DNA of 62,625 bases, counting the filler, from Asterionella formosa (Eukaryota), in the NCBI GenBank assembly GCA_002256025.1. It is 27 parts of 27 records of this genome, joined end to end, with 100 filler letters (N's around TTAATTAATTAA, not from the genome) between each part and the next. Parts side by side here need not be neighbours in the genome. Positions count along the whole stretch, not along the records: positions 60,410 to 62,625 come from NKIB01000208.1; 26 more parts are not named here. One strand, given 5' to 3'. The notes beneath the pieces were generated by a model. That model was not told the DNA's origin and did no database searches. It saw nothing but the letters and a program-made list of their open reading frames with translations. A program made the translations under genes and the position numbers. Numbering within the stretch: the stretch's first letter is position 1; every line of letters starts with the position of its first letter. This document shows positions 60,410 through 62,625 of this stretch, in pieces.

Positions 60410-62618
60410 ACCAGCCTGGATGACCATATTATCTTCAATAATAACGGCAGCTTCCTTGTCATATTTAAAAACAATGGGTAAGACCGCAGTTGCAAATACC
60501 TCTCCATCAGCCAAAGCTTCATCAGTGGAGTTAGCAAGGCTGTCCAAATTAAGTATAGAATATCGAAGAGTAGATTGAATGATTGGTAAGAGCAGTAAAT
60601 GTTGAATACGGTCAATGGTCTTTGCCAAGTTGTCACAGTCATATGCGTCAAGTTCTCCCCTGCCAGCAAAAAGCAAATCTATCAACTCCGCATTAATCGT
60701 GGAGAATCCTAGATTATTAACAGTCTGAAACTGAAAGGCACGCTGGTTGGCCAAATTCCAGAGCAATTGACCATCGTCTTCATCTACGGACCCACCAAGA
60801 AAATCTCCTTCGAGGGACCCAATTAAATAAGCTGCCACTTCATCCCAGGCATGTGCGCCACCTGCATTCGCATTGGCATCATTGATTAAGCAATCCGCAT
60901 GTGCATCTGCCATTTCCGCCAAGGCATACATGTACATGACCTGATATGCAACTGTCTTGACAATTACAGCTTCCCTTTGTTCTGCTGATTTTACGCCCCA
61001 CTTTCCAGTACCTGAAAGGGTGTCAAGAATGACTGCATTGGCGTAGTTGGGATCATTGTGATAAGCAGAGAATTCAGAATAGAATGGTTCCGCAGCTTCG
61101 CGCTCTGCTGATGTAGCAAAATCTTGCAAAGTTCGAACCGTGTATGGGTCATTGTCCGACTTCTGGGGTATAGGCGAGTTTCGGCCGTATTGATACAACG
61201 CTTTTGCAAACGAGTAAGCCTGTACCTTGGTTAGGATGGAAAGCTGCAAAATATCCAAATCAATCTTCGAGCGCTGTTACAATATGTAATAGGACACAGA
61301 TAAGTGGTTAGATAAATAATGATAGAAAGTAATCCATATTGGTTTACTAGGTACTCACATCATTTACAAACGAGGTAGGGGCATATTCTGCTATCGGCAA
61401 ATTAGCCGGTTTGTCCGAACAAGCTGCCAGTTGATCCACCATATAGACTCCAATATCTGCACAGGTGATTCCAAGGCAATCATAGGAAGCCTGCAAGTCC
61501 TCAATGATAAATCGCGTCATTGAAAAATCCGGAGATCCATTCAATAACAATTCCTTCAATCGCTTAAATAAAGAAGGCTTGCATTGAGAAATCTGGGGTA
61601 CAATTGCCAATGCATATAAATGGACTCCCTCCATATCTTCCTGTATCAAAGCATCAATCAAGAGCTGCATCAGCGGAATGTACATTTGAGATACTATACG
61701 CTGAGCAACATTCCAAAGCTGACCTGCTGTGCTCGGATTTCTTCTACTGCATGCGTTGGGAAATGTTAAGGCGCTGACTCCTTCATAATACAATAACTTC
61801 AAGTTGGTGTTGACTTGAGCTTCCGGATCACTTTTACCAAATAATTCACCAGCCCTTTGAGCCATGGCATACAGCCCATATCCATCGACCGTTCCATGTA
61901 TTTGATTTTGACCAATCCAAACTGCAATAAATTCATCCATGCCGCCTCCGCCAAGCTTGAAGGCTAGCGGATTGTCTGCCACTGTCAGCTTCTGACAAAC
62001 CTGAACCCCTTGAAGCAGTACGTGTGCAGCATACATCCACATATTCAGGGCTACCATGCCATGCGTGGCGTATTTTGGGCTCGACGAGAGTGCGAGTTGG
62101 ACATAATTGGCAGCATATCGACTGTTCGCGTTGATTTGTGTCAAATCACGGCCTGATAGACCCCAAAGGTGATAAATGAAGGGCGGTGTGGAATCTTTGG
62201 CGTCCTTCAAAGCGAGGGCTTTGTTGAGATTATGAATGGACAACTTGACCCCTGGTAGGGTTTCTGCGTTTCGCCCTTCGAGATAGAGGCGAAGCGCCTC
62301 GTCCAAGTTGTTATAATCAATTTGTTCTTGGATGTCCCTTACATCGAGTGATAGGTCGGCATAATACTCCACATTGGTAAGAGTCACGACGCCGCCACCC
62401 AATGAAGTCCCCGATTGGGTCAACGTGTCATTGACAGGAGTTACTTGGTTTCTGCCATTCAAGTCTGTCACTTGATTGTTGTCAGGGGTCACTTCAGTGT
62501 AGTTGAATTGAGGCGAGGTGGCGTTCAAGTTCGCATCAGTCAAGTTTTGGATCACTTGACTATTGCTAGAACTGAAGCGGAAGGATGCCAAAATTAGCAA
62601 GGTCGCCGACAACTTCAT
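60410..62618 (-). CDS. FEA1/ISIP2 (phytotransferrin-like, low-iron-inducible periplasmic protein family) multi-domain protein; exons 62618-61359 and 61273->60410
   Basis: Signal peptide; two homologous lobes with D(L)xLD, Y.EG.N / YQYGRNS, MDEFIAVWIG / AWDEVAAYLIGSLEG, G..L..(M/L)A.R...F, YIPLMQ / LLPIIQ. GT-AG intron 61358-61274 gives YAPTSFVND|RSKIDLD. Confidence 0.8.
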
Positions 62619-62625
62619 TGGAAGT

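Overview
This is not a contiguous locus. It is a pseudo-scaffold of 27 unrelated small contigs (about 2,216-2,229 bp each, roughly sorted by decreasing length), joined by 26 artificial 100-nt linkers (N44-TTAATTAATTAA-N44, which has stops in all six frames). Neighbourhood across linkers therefore carries no biological meaning. The source is a eukaryote, most likely a diatom or related photosynthetic stramenopile (inference from short GT-AG introns, signal peptide + 'AF' bipartite plastid presequences, diatom-type Copia elements, and a FEA1/ISIP2-like protein). About half of the contigs are transposon-derived: Ty1/Copia (including five near-identical integrase-RT copies), Ngaro/DIRS-like tyrosine-recombinase retroelements, PIF/Harbinger transposases, and DNA-element ends inserted into other elements. 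Host genes include an ABCA transporter, N-carbamoylputrescine amidase, VPS25, a DUF1365 protein, an LRR array, a cytochrome c6-like gene with an in-frame stop, a plastid ClpS-like protein, a FEA1/ISIP2-like iron protein, a putative glycosyltransferase, and a Crinkler-like NTPase + PD-(D/E)xK nuclease protein. The signals least explained by ordinary annotation are: (i) a ~190-nt multi-stem, possibly pseudoknotted RNA candidate next to a tRNA-like head (1855-2170); (ii) a strongly iterated intergenic palindrome TACC(N0-1)GGTA; (iii) a shared, unclassified DNA-element terminus found inserted in two different retroelements; and (iv) the Crinkler-like effector. No database searches were run; family calls come from motif recognition.
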